The notes beneath the pieces were generated by a model. The model saw only the letters and a list, made by a program, of their open reading frames with translations, was not told the origin of the DNA and did no database searches. DNA of 64,000 bases from Patescibacteria group bacterium. Its GTDB lineage: Bacteria; Patescibacteriota; Microgenomatia; UBA10105; UBA927. The stretch covers positions 199 to 64,198 of the forward strand of contig JAHJMO010000009.1 in assembly GCA_018821245.1 (NCBI GenBank). Direction: 5' to 3'. The position numbers and the translations under genes are program-made. Of the stretch, positions 22,334 through 32,164 are shown in pieces (within the stretch, counting starts at the first letter, position 1; every line of letters starts with the position of its first letter).

Positions 22334-24358
22334 ATGGATATTCAACTCATAGCATTATTCGCCGCCCCAGCTACAGCCATCATTTCTTTGGTGTACGGGT
22401 TATACCTCACGAAAAAGGTCCTGGCCCAAGACGAGGGAAATGAAAAATTGCAAACGATTGCCAAAGCAGTACGCGAGGGTGCTATGTCATACTTGGCCAG
22501 CCAATTTAAAGTAGTATCCGTATTTATGATCGTTCTGGCAATTCTGATTTGGTTGACTTTAGGACAGGGTATAGCGATTACATTTCTCCTTGGTGCATTG
22601 TTTAGCGCGGTTATTGGTTATTGTGGCATGTGGATCGCAGTCCGTGCCAATGTCCGGACTGCTAATGCTGCCACTCACGGTTTAAATCAAGCCTTGTCAG
22701 TCTCTTTCGGTGCCGGAACCGTTAATGGAATGTTGGTGGTAGGTTTAGGACTGCTGGGCGTATCCATAATTTATATGTGGAGTTATTTTAGTTTTATTTC
22801 CCAAGGAGCGGATGCTGTCGCTAAACACGCGACGGACGTTTTGGTCGGATATGGATTCGGTGCGGCACTACTTGCACTGTTTATGCGGGTAGGTGGCGGA
22901 ATATTCACCAAAGCGGCTGACGTGGGGGCAGATCTCGTCGGTAAAGTCGAAAAGGGTATCCCGGAAGACGACCCTCGTAATCCGGCAACAATTGCCGATA
23001 ACGTCGGAGATAACGTCGGCGACTGCGCCGGAATGGCAGCAGATGTTTTTGAGTCGTACGCGCTGACAATCGTTGCAGCGATGATTTTGGGTGGAACTTT
23101 ATTTGGTTTAAAAGGTGTTGTGTTCCCGCTGCTGGCTCGCTCTGGTGCTATTTTGGCTTCTATTTTAGGTTCATTTTTTGTTAAGGCTAAAAATGACCAG
23201 GAAAATCCGATTAATCCGCTGATGAAAGGATTCATCATCTCTGCTGTTTCAGCAGCATTTATTTTCATGGGTTTGGCAACGTATTTGTTGGGTGAACCGA
23301 AAGCCGGATATGCTGCTATCTCTGGCATTGTAGCTATGATGGCGCTTTTGTATATCACGAAATATTATACCGGTCCCGGTGAAAAAACCATCATAGGAAT
23401 TGCAACGGCCAGCAAAACCGGCGCCGGCACCAATCTGATTTCTGGTATTTCTTACGGTATGGAATCAACATTCGTTTCTGTACTGGTGGTCATCGCGGCC
23501 ATCTTCGCAGGCTACAGTTTCTTGGGATTTTACGGAATTTCGCTTGCTGGCATGGGCATGCTGGCGACCACCGGCATCATCATGGCTCTGGATACTTTCG
23601 GACCGATTGCCGATAACGCACAGGGAATGGTGCAAATGGCCGGACTTACCGGCAAAGCGGCTGTGGTAACCAGCGCGTTAGACGCTGTAGGCAATACCAC
23701 CAAAGCTTTAACCAAGGGTTTTGCCGTGGGAAGTGCAGCGGTCGCGGCCAGCAGTCTGTTTGCCACGTATTTTGAAGCTACGGGACTCACGGCTATAGAT
23801 ATAGCCAATCCTAAAGTATTTATCGGACTGCTACTTGGAAGCGCTTTGCCTTTTCTTTTCAGTTCCAGGCTAATCGGTTCTGTGGGACGGGCTGCATTTG
23901 AAGTAGTTGAAGAAGTACGCCGCCAATTTAAAACAATCAAAGGTATTATGGAAGGCACAACTCTTCCTGATTACTCAAAAGCGGTGGCAATCGTAACTGC
24001 GGCTGCACAAAAAGAATTAATCATCCCCGCGGCAATCGTCGTAGGACTGCCGATTTTGACCGGTTTATTAGGAGCCAGCGCCTTGGGCGGATTTTTAGGA
24101 GGAGTAGTTGCCTCGGGGCTGACGTTAGCATTTTTTATGTGCAATACCGGAGGCGCGTGGGATAATGCAAAAAAATATATCGAGGACGGGCATTTCGGCG
24201 GGAAAGGAAGCGATACGCATAAAGCGGCGGTAGTGGGAGATATTGTTGGTGATCCGCTCAAGGATACGTCCGGACCAGCTCTTAACCCGATGATGAAAAT
24301 AGTACAAATCGTTGCGCTACTCATCGCACCATTTGTCATTCAATTCATTGGAAAATAA
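22334..24358 (+). CDS. hppA: membrane-bound proton/sodium-translocating pyrophosphatase
   Basis: GGGIFTKAADVGADLVGKVE and DNVGDNVGD signatures, about 16 TM. Confidence 0.9.
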   Translation: MDIQLIALFAAPATAIISLVYGLYLTKKVLAQDEGNEKLQTIAKAVREGAMSYLASQFKVVSVFMIVLAILIWLTLGQGIAITFLLGALFSAVIGYCGMWIAVRANVRTANAATHGLNQALSVSFGAGTVNGMLVVGLGLLGVSIIYMWSYFSFISQGADAVAKHATDVLVGYGFGAALLALFMRVGGGIFTKAADVGADLVGKVEKGIPEDDPRNPATIADNVGDNVGDCAGMAADVFESYALTIVAAMILGGTLFGLKGVVFPLLARSGAILASILGSFFVKAKNDQENPINPLMKGFIISAVSAAFIFMGLATYLLGEPKAGYAAISGIVAMMALLYITKYYTGPGEKTIIGIATASKTGAGTNLISGISYGMESTFVSVLVVIAAIFAGYSFLGFYGISLAGMGMLATTGIIMALDTFGPIADNAQGMVQMAGLTGKAAVVTSALDAVGNTTKALTKGFAVGSAAVAASSLFATYFEATGLTAIDIANPKVFIGLLLGSALPFLFSSRLIGSVGRAAFEVVEEVRRQFKTIKGIMEGTTLPDYSKAVAIVTAAAQKELIIPAAIVVGLPILTGLLGASALGGFLGGVVASGLTLAFFMCNTGGAWDNAKKYIEDGHFGGKGSDTHKAAVVGDIVGDPLKDTSGPALNPMMKIVQIVALLIAPFVIQFIGK

Positions 24359-24376
24359 ATAAGGCGAATCCGCACT

Positions 24377-26899
24377 ATGAACATCGGAAAGGTACAACCA
24401 TCGGAAATCGTGAAGGAAATGCAGAAGTCGTATCTGGATTACGCGATGAGCGTGATCGTATCGCGTGCGCTCCCTGATGTACGCGACGGTCTCAAACCCG
24501 TACACCGACGGATCCTTTTTGCCATGCATCAAGTGGGTTTAACCCACACAAGCCGCTATAGCAAAAGCGCAAAAATCGTCGGAGAAGTATTGGGGAAATA
24601 CCATCCTCACGGCGATGCTCCTGTGTATGAAGCACTCGTCCGGATGGCTCAAGAATTTTCCATGCGATACCGTCTTGTAGACGGTCAGGGTAACTTTGGA
24701 TCTATCGACGGAGACCCGCCGGCTGCTATGCGTTACACGGAATGCCGGATGGCCGCTATAGCCGGAGAAATGCTCTTGGATATTGAAAAAGACACAGTCG
24801 AGTTTACCCCAAACTTCGACAGTACAATCAAAGAACCCGTATATCTCCCTGCAAAGCTCCCCAATCTTCTCCTAATGGGATCGGAGGGAATTGCAGTGGG
24901 AATGGCAACCAAAATCCCTCCCCACAACCTTTGCGAGATCGTAGATGCAGTCATGTACATGATCGGAAAAATAAAAATTGAACACGTGATCGATCGACAA
25001 TCGAATCCGACAACTCCCGATACCCCCCAATTCAATATTCGCTTCGATGTTGGCCTTGATGATCTGCTTCAGTTCGTTCAGGGACCGGATTTTCCTACCG
25101 GCGGGTCCATTTATGACATCAATGAAATAAAGGCTGCCTACGCAACCGGCAAAGGGAAAATTGTCATGCGCGGTAAAGCGGAAATTGAAGATATTGGGCA
25201 AGGCAAAAACGCTATAGCTATTACCGAACTGCCGTATCAAGTGAATAAGGCGACTTTGGTATCCAAAATCGCAGATCTTGTAAAAGACAAAAAAATTGAA
25301 GGCATATCCGACCTGCGTGATGAGTCCGACAGACGGGGTATACGCGTCGTAGTCGAACTTAAACGCGATGCCCAACCAAACAGAATACTCAATAACCTCT
25401 ATAAACATACCGATCTTCAATGCACGTTCCCCGTCAATACCGTAGCACTTGTCGATAATACCCCACAAACGCTAGGCCTCAAAAATATATTAGAAGAGTA
25501 TCTCAAGCACCGGCACTTGGTCATTCACCGGAGGAGCGAATATGAACTTCGGGAAGCACGCGCACGGGAACACATCCTGGAAGGACTCAAAATTGCCGTT
25601 GACCATATCGATGAGGTCATCTCGATCATCAAAAAAAGCAAGGACGCAGAAGAAGCAAAGATAAAACTCATAAAACGCTTCGGACTTACTGACATACAAG
25701 CCACAGCAATATTGGATATGCAACTCCGGCGCCTTGCAGCACTTGAGCGACAAAAAATTGAGGATGAGATTGCCATGATCCGCGAAACCATAAGTTATCT
25801 GGAAAATCTTCTGAAGCATCCGGAAAAAATCTTCAAAGTCATAAAAGAAGAACTCATCAAACTCAAGGACAAATACGGCGATCCGAGAAAGACCCGTGTG
25901 TACAAAAGCAGGGTCGGTGAGTTTTCCGACGAACAACTTATCCCCAACGAACGCACGATTATCACCATGAGCCAGTCAGGATACATCAAGCGCGTCGCGC
26001 GCGGGACCTTCAAAACCCAAGGGAGAGGCGGTAAGGGTGTCATCGGCATGACCACAAAAGAAGAAGACACCATAGACATGATCTTCGGGGCACAAACTCA
26101 CGACAATATGTTGTTTTTTACCGATTTGGGGCGTGTTTATCAAGTACGCGTTTGGGATATACCGGAGGCAAGCCGCCAATCCAAAGGGCAGGCAGTGGTA
26201 AACTTGATTGATATTGAACAGGAAGAAAAAGTTACATCAGTCCTGACGTATTCACTCAAGCGAGCCGAACAAAAAGAACAAGGTGTCGAATATATCCTGA
26301 TGGCCACCAAAAACGGTACTGTGAAAAAATCCAAACTTTCTCAATACGAAAATATCCGCAGAAACGGCCTGGTCGCGATTAAACTCGAAAAAGACGACGA
26401 ACTAGCCTGGGCGAAAATCACGAGCGGCAAAGATGACGTACTCTTAGTCTCACATGAAGGAAAATCAATTAGATTCTCAGAATCAGAAGTGCGCCCAACT
26501 GGCCGCGACACGATGGGAGTTAGGGGCATCTTACTTAAAGGAGCCGATTACGTGGTAATCACGGATATCATTAACCACGAAGCGAAAAAGGGTGATTTCC
26601 TGACGATTATGGAAAAGGGGATCGGCAAAAAAACTCCGGTTTCCGGATTCCCTAAACAAAAACGCGGCGGCCAGGGGGTCAAGGTGGCAGAAGTTAAGGA
26701 TAAAACCGGCAAAGTGGTTGTCTCCCAATTAGTACCGCCTGATTGTGAAGGTGTTATTTTGACCTCAACCAAAGGCCAGGTAGTTAAACTTCCAATTAGC
26801 TCGGTGCCTTCTTTAGGACGCGCAACCAGCGGCGTCATCCTCATGCGGTTTACCGATAAGTCAGATACTATTGCTGCTGCGACGTGTTTAACCAAGTAA
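24377..26899 (+). CDS. gyrA: DNA gyrase subunit A
   Basis: [23 protein letters not shown], catalytic Tyr region, C-terminal beta-pinwheel repeats. Confidence 0.95.
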   Translation: MNIGKVQPSEIVKEMQKSYLDYAMSVIVSRALPDVRDGLKPVHRRILFAMHQVGLTHTSRYSKSAKIVGEVLGKYHPHGDAPVYEALVRMAQEFSMRYRLVDGQGNFGSIDGDPPAAMRYTECRMAAIAGEMLLDIEKDTVEFTPNFDSTIKEPVYLPAKLPNLLLMGSEGIAVGMATKIPPHNLCEIVDAVMYMIGKIKIEHVIDRQSNPTTPDTPQFNIRFDVGLDDLLQFVQGPDFPTGGSIYDINEIKAAYATGKGKIVMRGKAEIEDIGQGKNAIAITELPYQVNKATLVSKIADLVKDKKIEGISDLRDESDRRGIRVVVELKRDAQPNRILNNLYKHTDLQCTFPVNTVALVDNTPQTLGLKNILEEYLKHRHLVIHRRSEYELREARAREHILEGLKIAVDHIDEVISIIKKSKDAEEAKIKLIKRFGLTDIQATAILDMQLRRLAALERQKIEDEIAMIRETISYLENLLKHPEKIFKVIKEELIKLKDKYGDPRKTRVYKSRVGEFSDEQLIPNERTIITMSQSGYIKRVARGTFKTQGRGGKGVIGMTTKEEDTIDMIFGAQTHDNMLFFTDLGRVYQVRVWDIPEASRQSKGQAVVNLIDIEQEEKVTSVLTYSLKRAEQKEQGVEYILMATKNGTVKKSKLSQYENIRRNGLVAIKLEKDDELAWAKITSGKDDVLLVSHEGKSIRFSESEVRPTGRDTMGVRGILLKGADYVVITDIINHEAKKGDFLTIMEKGIGKKTPVSGFPKQKRGGQGVKVAEVKDKTGKVVVSQLVPPDCEGVILTSTKGQVVKLPISSVPSLGRATSGVILMRFTDKSDTIAAATCLTK

Positions 26900-26935
26900 T
26901 ACAAGAGTTTACCCTTTCTGTTTACTTATGTTTAA

Positions 26936-26963
26936 TGTTTTAATGTATTAATACATTAAAACA
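26936..26963. promoter_or_regulatory. perfect 28-bp palindrome TGTTTTAATGTATTAATACATTAAAACA between convergent gyrA and the yerC-like gene
   Basis: read directly; 16-bp core AATGTATTAATACATT recurs at 27445-27460. Confidence 0.6.
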
Positions 26964-26992
26964 CAATATATAAACCTGACTCCATTAATAAA

Positions 26993-27430
26993 TCAGGGCT
27001 TCGTTTGTGGATTGACTTCTTTGTCGCGCATTCCGTAAGCGCGTTGATGCATGGTCTTTTTTGAGAACATATCCTCCAGTAAACCATCAAGCTTCTGCCA
27101 AAACTCCTGCCACTTTTCAGCTTTTCGAACCATGCTGATCGCTTTACGATAGCCTTTGCCTTGGTTCTTTAACCAATAATTAACCTGGCTAACTGTCGAA
27201 ACACTTACTTTCATAATTGAGTGGATAGTCCGTTGGTCATAGCCTTTTTCTAATAAAAAGGCGATGGCGAGACGTTTACCCAACATTACTTTTTCCGTCG
27301 GGGTCAGCAAATCATCTAACAGATCATGAATATCATCTTCGGAGTGTAAATCTGCTAATACACGCCAAAATAGAGAATTCATTTGCTCTTTTAATGCCCG
27401 AGGTAAAGGCAATCGAGAAACCTGCGCCAT
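26993..27430 (-). CDS. TrpR-like YerC/YecD family DNA-binding protein
   Basis: LLTPTEKVMLGKRLAIAFLLEKGYDQRTIHSIMKVSVSTVSQVN matches the helix-turn-helix of the Trp-repressor-like YerC/YecD family. Confidence 0.55.
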   Translation of the reverse strand: MAQVSRLPLPRALKEQMNSLFWRVLADLHSEDDIHDLLDDLLTPTEKVMLGKRLAIAFLLEKGYDQRTIHSIMKVSVSTVSQVNYWLKNQGKGYRKAISMVRKAEKWQEFWQKLDGLLEDMFSKKTMHQRAYGMRDKEVNPQTKP

Positions 27431-27444
27431 AAATAAATTATATA

Positions 27445-27460
27445 AATGTATTAATACATT
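27445..27460. promoter_or_regulatory. 16-bp palindrome AATGTATTAATACATT 15 bp upstream of the yerC-like start (putative autoregulatory operator)
   Basis: identical core to the 26936-26963 palindrome. Confidence 0.5.
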
Positions 27461-27629
27461 AGTACAATAACAACTTCCAACTATTTGATCAAGGGCATAG
27501 TAAATAGTAATAAAGTAACCAACAAGAAAGACTGTAAATTAATTTATCTTATTGGTTACGCTGTAAATTTATCCAGGGAACGCTTCCTTAATGTCGATAA
27601 TACAAAACAGATCTGTTAGACTTAAAGGC

Positions 27630-28544
27630 ATGAAAATCAACGGGAAAATAATCGCGGATAACATGCTTGAAGAATTCAAAAAAGCTGTTGATCGACTAAA
27701 TAATGACGGCGTCACACCAAAGCTAGCAGTAATATTAGTAGGAGATAATCCAGCGTCGATTTCTTACATTAAGCAAAAACAAAAAGCCGCGGAAAGGATC
27801 GGGGCCGCAATAGCCTTCAGTCGTCTGTCGCCAGCCATCAGTCAAAATGAATTACAGAACATTATTAATGTATTTAATAACGATTCGAAAATTCACGGAA
27901 TCATTGTCCAGCGGCCGCTGCCACCGGGAGTAGGGGACTGTCAAAACGTTCTCCATTCGATTGTACCGGAAAAAGACGTTGACGGATTTGTACCAGATTC
28001 ACCCTTTGAAGTACCGGTTGCATCTGCAGTATTAAAAATCCTTCAACAAATTCATAAATCTACCACTTTTATTTCATGGTTGCGATCGAAGCATATTGTG
28101 ATTATCGGTCGTGGAGAAACGGCAGGGAAGCCCATCGCTGACCATCTGAAACGATTTTTTGCGACTTCGATAATCGATGTCGCAATAAAGCCGAATGGTT
28201 TTGCGACGTTTCAGAAGAAACGTCGTGACAACCAACATTGTACGACATCAGAAGTGAATTCAAAAACTAAATCGCCCGGCAAAATTATTCAGCAGGGAGA
28301 TGTTGTGATCAGTTGTGTGGGTAAATCCGGAGTAGTCAAACCGGACTTTATTAAACACGGCGCAATTTTAATTTCCGTCGGTATCTGGCGCGACGAGTCG
28401 GGCAAGCTTCACGGAGATTATGAAGAAGACGAAATCAAGAAAATCGCAGGTTTCTATACACCCACTCCCGGAGGGGTAGGCCCGGTCAACGTAGCATGCC
28501 TTATGGCAAACCTCGTTGAAGCTGCACGATCTCAAGCTTTATAA
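27630..28544 (+). CDS. folD: bifunctional methylenetetrahydrofolate dehydrogenase/cyclohydrolase FolD
   Basis: AVILVGDNPASISYIKQKQKAAERIG, IVQRPLP motifs; ATG at 27630 preceded by AAAGG. Confidence 0.85.
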   Translation: MKINGKIIADNMLEEFKKAVDRLNNDGVTPKLAVILVGDNPASISYIKQKQKAAERIGAAIAFSRLSPAISQNELQNIINVFNNDSKIHGIIVQRPLPPGVGDCQNVLHSIVPEKDVDGFVPDSPFEVPVASAVLKILQQIHKSTTFISWLRSKHIVIIGRGETAGKPIADHLKRFFATSIIDVAIKPNGFATFQKKRRDNQHCTTSEVNSKTKSPGKIIQQGDVVISCVGKSGVVKPDFIKHGAILISVGIWRDESGKLHGDYEEDEIKKIAGFYTPTPGGVGPVNVACLMANLVEAARSQAL

Positions 28545-28637
28545 ACAAACTTACTATCGGTCTTGTCGAAACCATCGGTAAGTCGTAAAATAGACAGTAA
28601 TCACGCCCCCTTTCTCTTTTTTTTAAAAGGAATTTTT

Positions 28638-29240
28638 ATGGGTAGAAGCCACATAAAACCAATCGAACAACCGGACGAAGTAACGTGCGGCCCAGCTGCA
28701 ATAAAACTCGCCCTGGCAGTCCTGGGTAAACGACGATCCCTGGGGACGCTTGTAACGCTTTCCAAGACAAACAGAAACGGAACCTCCACAAGAAATATGA
28801 TCGCCGCGATGAATAAACTTGGGTTGTCGGTCCTTGCCGTAGAATACGCGACACTGCATCACTTGCAAAGCGCTCTGCGGTACCCTCCTAATCACATACG
28901 AGCAGTAATGGTCGCGTATCTCAACGCGCTTGATGACAATGACGAACCGCATCCCGAATCCGGACACTGGGCAGTAGTTGCCTCATACATGGCCAGCAAA
29001 AGCAGAATCGTACTATTAGACAGCTACTCCGGGAAAAAACGGTCGTTTGATTGGCAGGATTTCCGCGGCCGCTGGATGGATTATGACCTCAAACGCAGGA
29101 AAGTCACAAAACGTGGTCGTAAGTTCAGGCTCGTCCGGCGCTGGCAGCAGCAGCTTATGCTAGTGGTAGCCAAAGACGCCGCGCTTCTGCCTCGTTTTAC
29201 GATATCAACTGCTAAACTCTTTCTCCCGACGGAGCCGTAG
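28638..29240 (+). CDS. stand-alone C39-like (papain-fold) cysteine peptidase domain protein
   Basis: QPDEVTCGPAAIKLALAVLG (Q...CG.A.L motif), downstream GHWAVV His and LLDSYSG Asp typical of C39/C39-like peptidases; basic Arg/Lys-rich C-terminal tail. Confidence 0.5.
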   Translation: MGRSHIKPIEQPDEVTCGPAAIKLALAVLGKRRSLGTLVTLSKTNRNGTSTRNMIAAMNKLGLSVLAVEYATLHHLQSALRYPPNHIRAVMVAYLNALDDNDEPHPESGHWAVVASYMASKSRIVLLDSYSGKKRSFDWQDFRGRWMDYDLKRRKVTKRGRKFRLVRRWQQQLMLVVAKDAALLPRFTISTAKLFLPTEP

Positions 29241-29260
29241 GAGGTACACGGTTTTCAGTA

Positions 29261-30274
29261 TTACCCCTTTCTGTGAAACTGCTCGTGAATGCGCCGCAAT
29301 TGCGGATTGGTAATATGGGTATATATCTGGGTTGTTGAAATATTTTTGTGACCTAACATTTCCTGAATAGCCCGCAAATCTGCTCCGCCGGTGAGAAGAT
29401 CAGTAGCGAAGCTGTGCCTCAGACCATGCGGTGTAATTTTGACAGGCAACCGGGCTTTCTTCACATACTTTTCTACCAGCCTCTGCACGCTTCGCGCAGT
29501 CAACCGCAGTGACTCGCCATATTTATCATCAGGATTGGGCTTTTTACCGCTATAGCGGATAAAAAGTGCTCGTGCGTTATCTTCCCGGCTGTCAATATAT
29601 CGCTTAAGCCAATCCACCGAAGAAGTTGAGAGAAATACAACACGAGCGCGTCTTCCTTTGCCAATAACCCCAAATTCCCGGCGCTCAAGATTGATTTGAT
29701 CGCGGTTTAACGCGACCAATTCCGACACACGAAGTCCCGTCGAAAACAAAACTTCAAGAATTGCTTTATCCCTCAACCCCTCGCGTTTGCTTATCTCAGG
29801 CATGTTCAAAAGCCGTTCGATTTGCTCCCGCTCCAGAAATTTAAGAGACCTGCTTTCTGCTTTCGGAAGATCAATTTTATCAGGTGACAGGACGTCGATA
29901 TCCCTTTTGTTTAGGTACTTCAAGAAACTCCTTATGGCAATCATGTGATAGTTCTGGGTCACGCGTTTTAGGGTAATTCCATGGCTGTCTACGAAACGTG
30001 ACAAAAACAAACGGAATTCCCGAATGGCATCCGGCGTGATATCAGAAGGAGCAGGGGAGGGTATACGGGCCGTCAGGAAGCTTAAAAATCGATTCAAATA
30101 GTGAGCATAATTACGTATAGTCAAATGAGAAACATTCCGTTCAATTTCAAGGTATTCGAAAAATTCCTTAATGAGCTGCGCCAGTAACATACCTAATTTA
30201 ACAATGTACGACATCTGAAAAAATGTCAATATGCTAAAATAAGTCCTATAAACCGTCACCGGAATTCTTGGCAA
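29261..30274 (-). CDS. xerD: tyrosine site-specific recombinase XerC/XerD family
   Basis: HGLRHSFATDLLTGGADLRAIQEMLGHKNISTTQIYTH catalytic region with RHR-Y residues; N-terminal core-binding domain; alternative start at 30190. Confidence 0.8.
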   Translation of the reverse strand: MPRIPVTVYRTYFSILTFFQMSYIVKLGMLLAQLIKEFFEYLEIERNVSHLTIRNYAHYLNRFLSFLTARIPSPAPSDITPDAIREFRLFLSRFVDSHGITLKRVTQNYHMIAIRSFLKYLNKRDIDVLSPDKIDLPKAESRSLKFLEREQIERLLNMPEISKREGLRDKAILEVLFSTGLRVSELVALNRDQINLERREFGVIGKGRRARVVFLSTSSVDWLKRYIDSREDNARALFIRYSGKKPNPDDKYGESLRLTARSVQRLVEKYVKKARLPVKITPHGLRHSFATDLLTGGADLRAIQEMLGHKNISTTQIYTHITNPQLRRIHEQFHRKG

Positions 30275-30584
30275 AACTTACAACGCTGAAAAATACGCAT
30301 GTCGGATCATTTATCGCAAAAGACATAACCTTAGTGGAAACTAATGCCGGCGCACACCCATCAAAAACCCGGATTTTGGGGACATACGAGTTCGGCAAAA
30401 TTTAGCTTCAGTTTTAAGCCTCTGTAATGACCTACAAGGGGTCTTAAATCGAACCGATGGCTCATTGATCGTCTAAAACAAATATCCGCAACGATTCCAG
30501 CCCATAAGTGAGTTGATATATTCAGGTCGCAACAATAGAGAGCACCAAGGAAAAGCATTCAGCAAATGATACATAAAGTCCGTT

Positions 30585-30609
30585 TTGCGACGATTCATAA
30601 ACGTCGCAA
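30585..30609. repeat. inverted repeat TTGCGACG-N9-CGTCGCAA within the 1-kb non-coding region
   Basis: read directly; CGTCGCAA-type motif occurs four times between 30526 and 30650. Confidence 0.6.
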
Positions 30610-30622
30610 CAACGGACGCAGA

Positions 30623-30655
30623 CTTTTGCACACGTAGGACGCTACGTCGCAAAAG
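30623..30655. repeat. nested 13-bp hairpin CTTTTGC-AC-ACGTAG-GACG-CTACGT-C-GCAAAAG
   Basis: read directly. Confidence 0.6.
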
Positions 30656-31108
30656 TATTATTGTACGACATATTGGGTTCATTCCCTGTCTTTAGTGGCT
30701 CAAAACTTTATTGCATGAATAAAAGAGGAGTGTGCCTCCGAGGATTCTAGCGACAGAGCAAGACTCTTGTTGCTTTATCCCTTTGTGACATTGCGTTGCA
30801 AATAATACAGAAGAATGGGTAACGCGAGCCCTGTTACATCATATAATGGCTTTCGGATTTTTTTGAAACGACACTATTTAGCGCGTTATTACGTGCTAAA
30901 TCAATAAAATCGAAGCTAACACTACGTGTTGATCTGGCAGGAAGATCAAGTTTTCGGGTATTTTTAGCCCTTCAGTACGCGCTAAACTCTACTTTTTGAG
31001 GCTGATTTTTGAACTATTTCTTTTCCCTACTTTATTAATTTGGCACGTTAGAACAATCTAAAGCACCACTTTTTCGCACACATTGTGTACTCAAGAGAGG
31101 AAAGAGAA

Positions 31109-31132
31109 GCTTAGAGGCTTAGAGGCTTAGAA
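31109..31132. repeat. 8-nt tandem repeat GCTTAGAG x3
   Basis: read directly: gcttagag gcttagag gcttagaa. Confidence 0.7.
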
Positions 31133-31171
31133 AACATTTGTGAAAATTTGCTCGCCAAACCGTGAAAAGAA

Positions 31172-31180
31172 TTATCCACA
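31172..31180. promoter_or_regulatory. perfect DnaA-box consensus TTATCCACA (single copy)
   Basis: exact 9-mer match; no second perfect box within 1 kb. Confidence 0.3.
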
Positions 31181-31270
31181 CATTACCCTATAGTTTTGTA
31201 TTTACCAACCTCAATACCAATATCAAACTATATCATGTCCCTCCCCTATTTCCCCCACTCTGTCTGGTTT

Positions 31271-32164
31271 TTATATCAATTCGCGCCAATTTGTCGTTAT
31301 AATAACAATAATTAAAACGATAATCGTTACCGCAAAAAATTCTATCAATGTACGCTTGTACATTCGATTAGCCAAATACTGTTGCGCCATCCCCAAGAGA
31401 CTGTAAGTAAATGTTGTCAGAAAAAGAGCCTGCAGGGTGCTTCTGACCGGCCAAAAAGAAAGTATCCATCCGACTTCCAAAATCGACAAGGTCAACGCTC
31501 CTGTAAGTTGCCACACTCGCCTGCTGATGTATGCTTCCAGATCTACGGACCAAAGCGATTGCAGAATAAGAACAGCACTACATAACGCCAGAAAACTCAT
31601 ATTAGTAAGTCCTGACAAACGGAATGCCAGAATGGTATGCGTTAACAGAAAAAACGTTATAAGAGTCAGAAGAAAGCCCACAGTGTGCGCTGCGCGAAGA
31701 AGTGCAATCGTACGGTTTGCCGACACGTTATAGATATTAAGCGTGAGAAGTAGTCCGTATATCGCAATAGCATATAAAGCGGCCACCGGCACACGAGTAA
31801 GCCAGCGGACGGGCAAGAGAAAATAGAAAGAAGAAACCGATCCTGTGAACAATACGGGTAGCGCCAGAAGCGTCACCCACTCTACCCCTTTAAGATCTTC
31901 CCGTAAAACAAGTGCTGCCACAAGCCATGCGGCTACCGACAAGCTCACCACCATCGGATACCGCCAGTCTATTGGTGCCAGCTGGGTCAATACAAGTCCA
32001 AGAGTGAGGATTGCAGTACCCAGCACAAATTCCTGCCTTTTGGTGAAGCCGAGGCTACTACGCTCCCGCCTTTTCCACCACTTCCTAAATGCGTGCCCAA
32101 ACATACGCACCCATCCCTGAAGAATATTATTGATCACTATGCTATGCTTCATTGGTATAAACAC
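31271..32164 (-). CDS. hypothetical polytopic integral membrane protein
   Basis: about 8 hydrophobic helices, no recognisable catalytic motif. Confidence 0.4.
   Translation of the reverse strand: MFIPMKHSIVINNILQGWVRMFGHAFRKWWKRRERSSLGFTKRQEFVLGTAILTLGLVLTQLAPIDWRYPMVVSLSVAAWLVAALVLREDLKGVEWVTLLALPVLFTGSVSSFYFLLPVRWLTRVPVAALYAIAIYGLLLTLNIYNVSANRTIALLRAAHTVGFLLTLITFFLLTHTILAFRLSGLTNMSFLALCSAVLILQSLWSVDLEAYISRRVWQLTGALTLSILEVGWILSFWPVRSTLQALFLTTFTYSLLGMAQQYLANRMYKRTLIEFFAVTIIVLIIVIITTNWRELI

Noticed and set aside
28545-28637. Possible intrinsic terminator hairpin after folD (ACTTAC...GTAAGT)
   Set aside because: Only a 5-6 bp imperfect stem and no following T-tract.
31172-31180. Possible oriC because of the perfect DnaA box TTATCCACA plus an AT-rich tract
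   Set aside because: Only one perfect box. No dnaA or dnaN nearby. A single site is not sufficient for an origin.
30275-31270. Tested the 1-kb non-coding region for RNase P RNA, tmRNA and SRP RNA signatures (AAAGTCCG at about 30577, GGTAACGCG at about 30819, GGTTCGATT T-loop-like on the minus strand at about 30450)
   Set aside because: The fragments are in the wrong order and spacing for RNase P (CR-I and GGTAACGCC should be about 30 nt apart, here about 240). The T-loop-like sequence lacks a flanking stem. No tag-peptide frame ending in ...AA-stop and no acceptor/CCA context for tmRNA. Left as an unassigned structured region.
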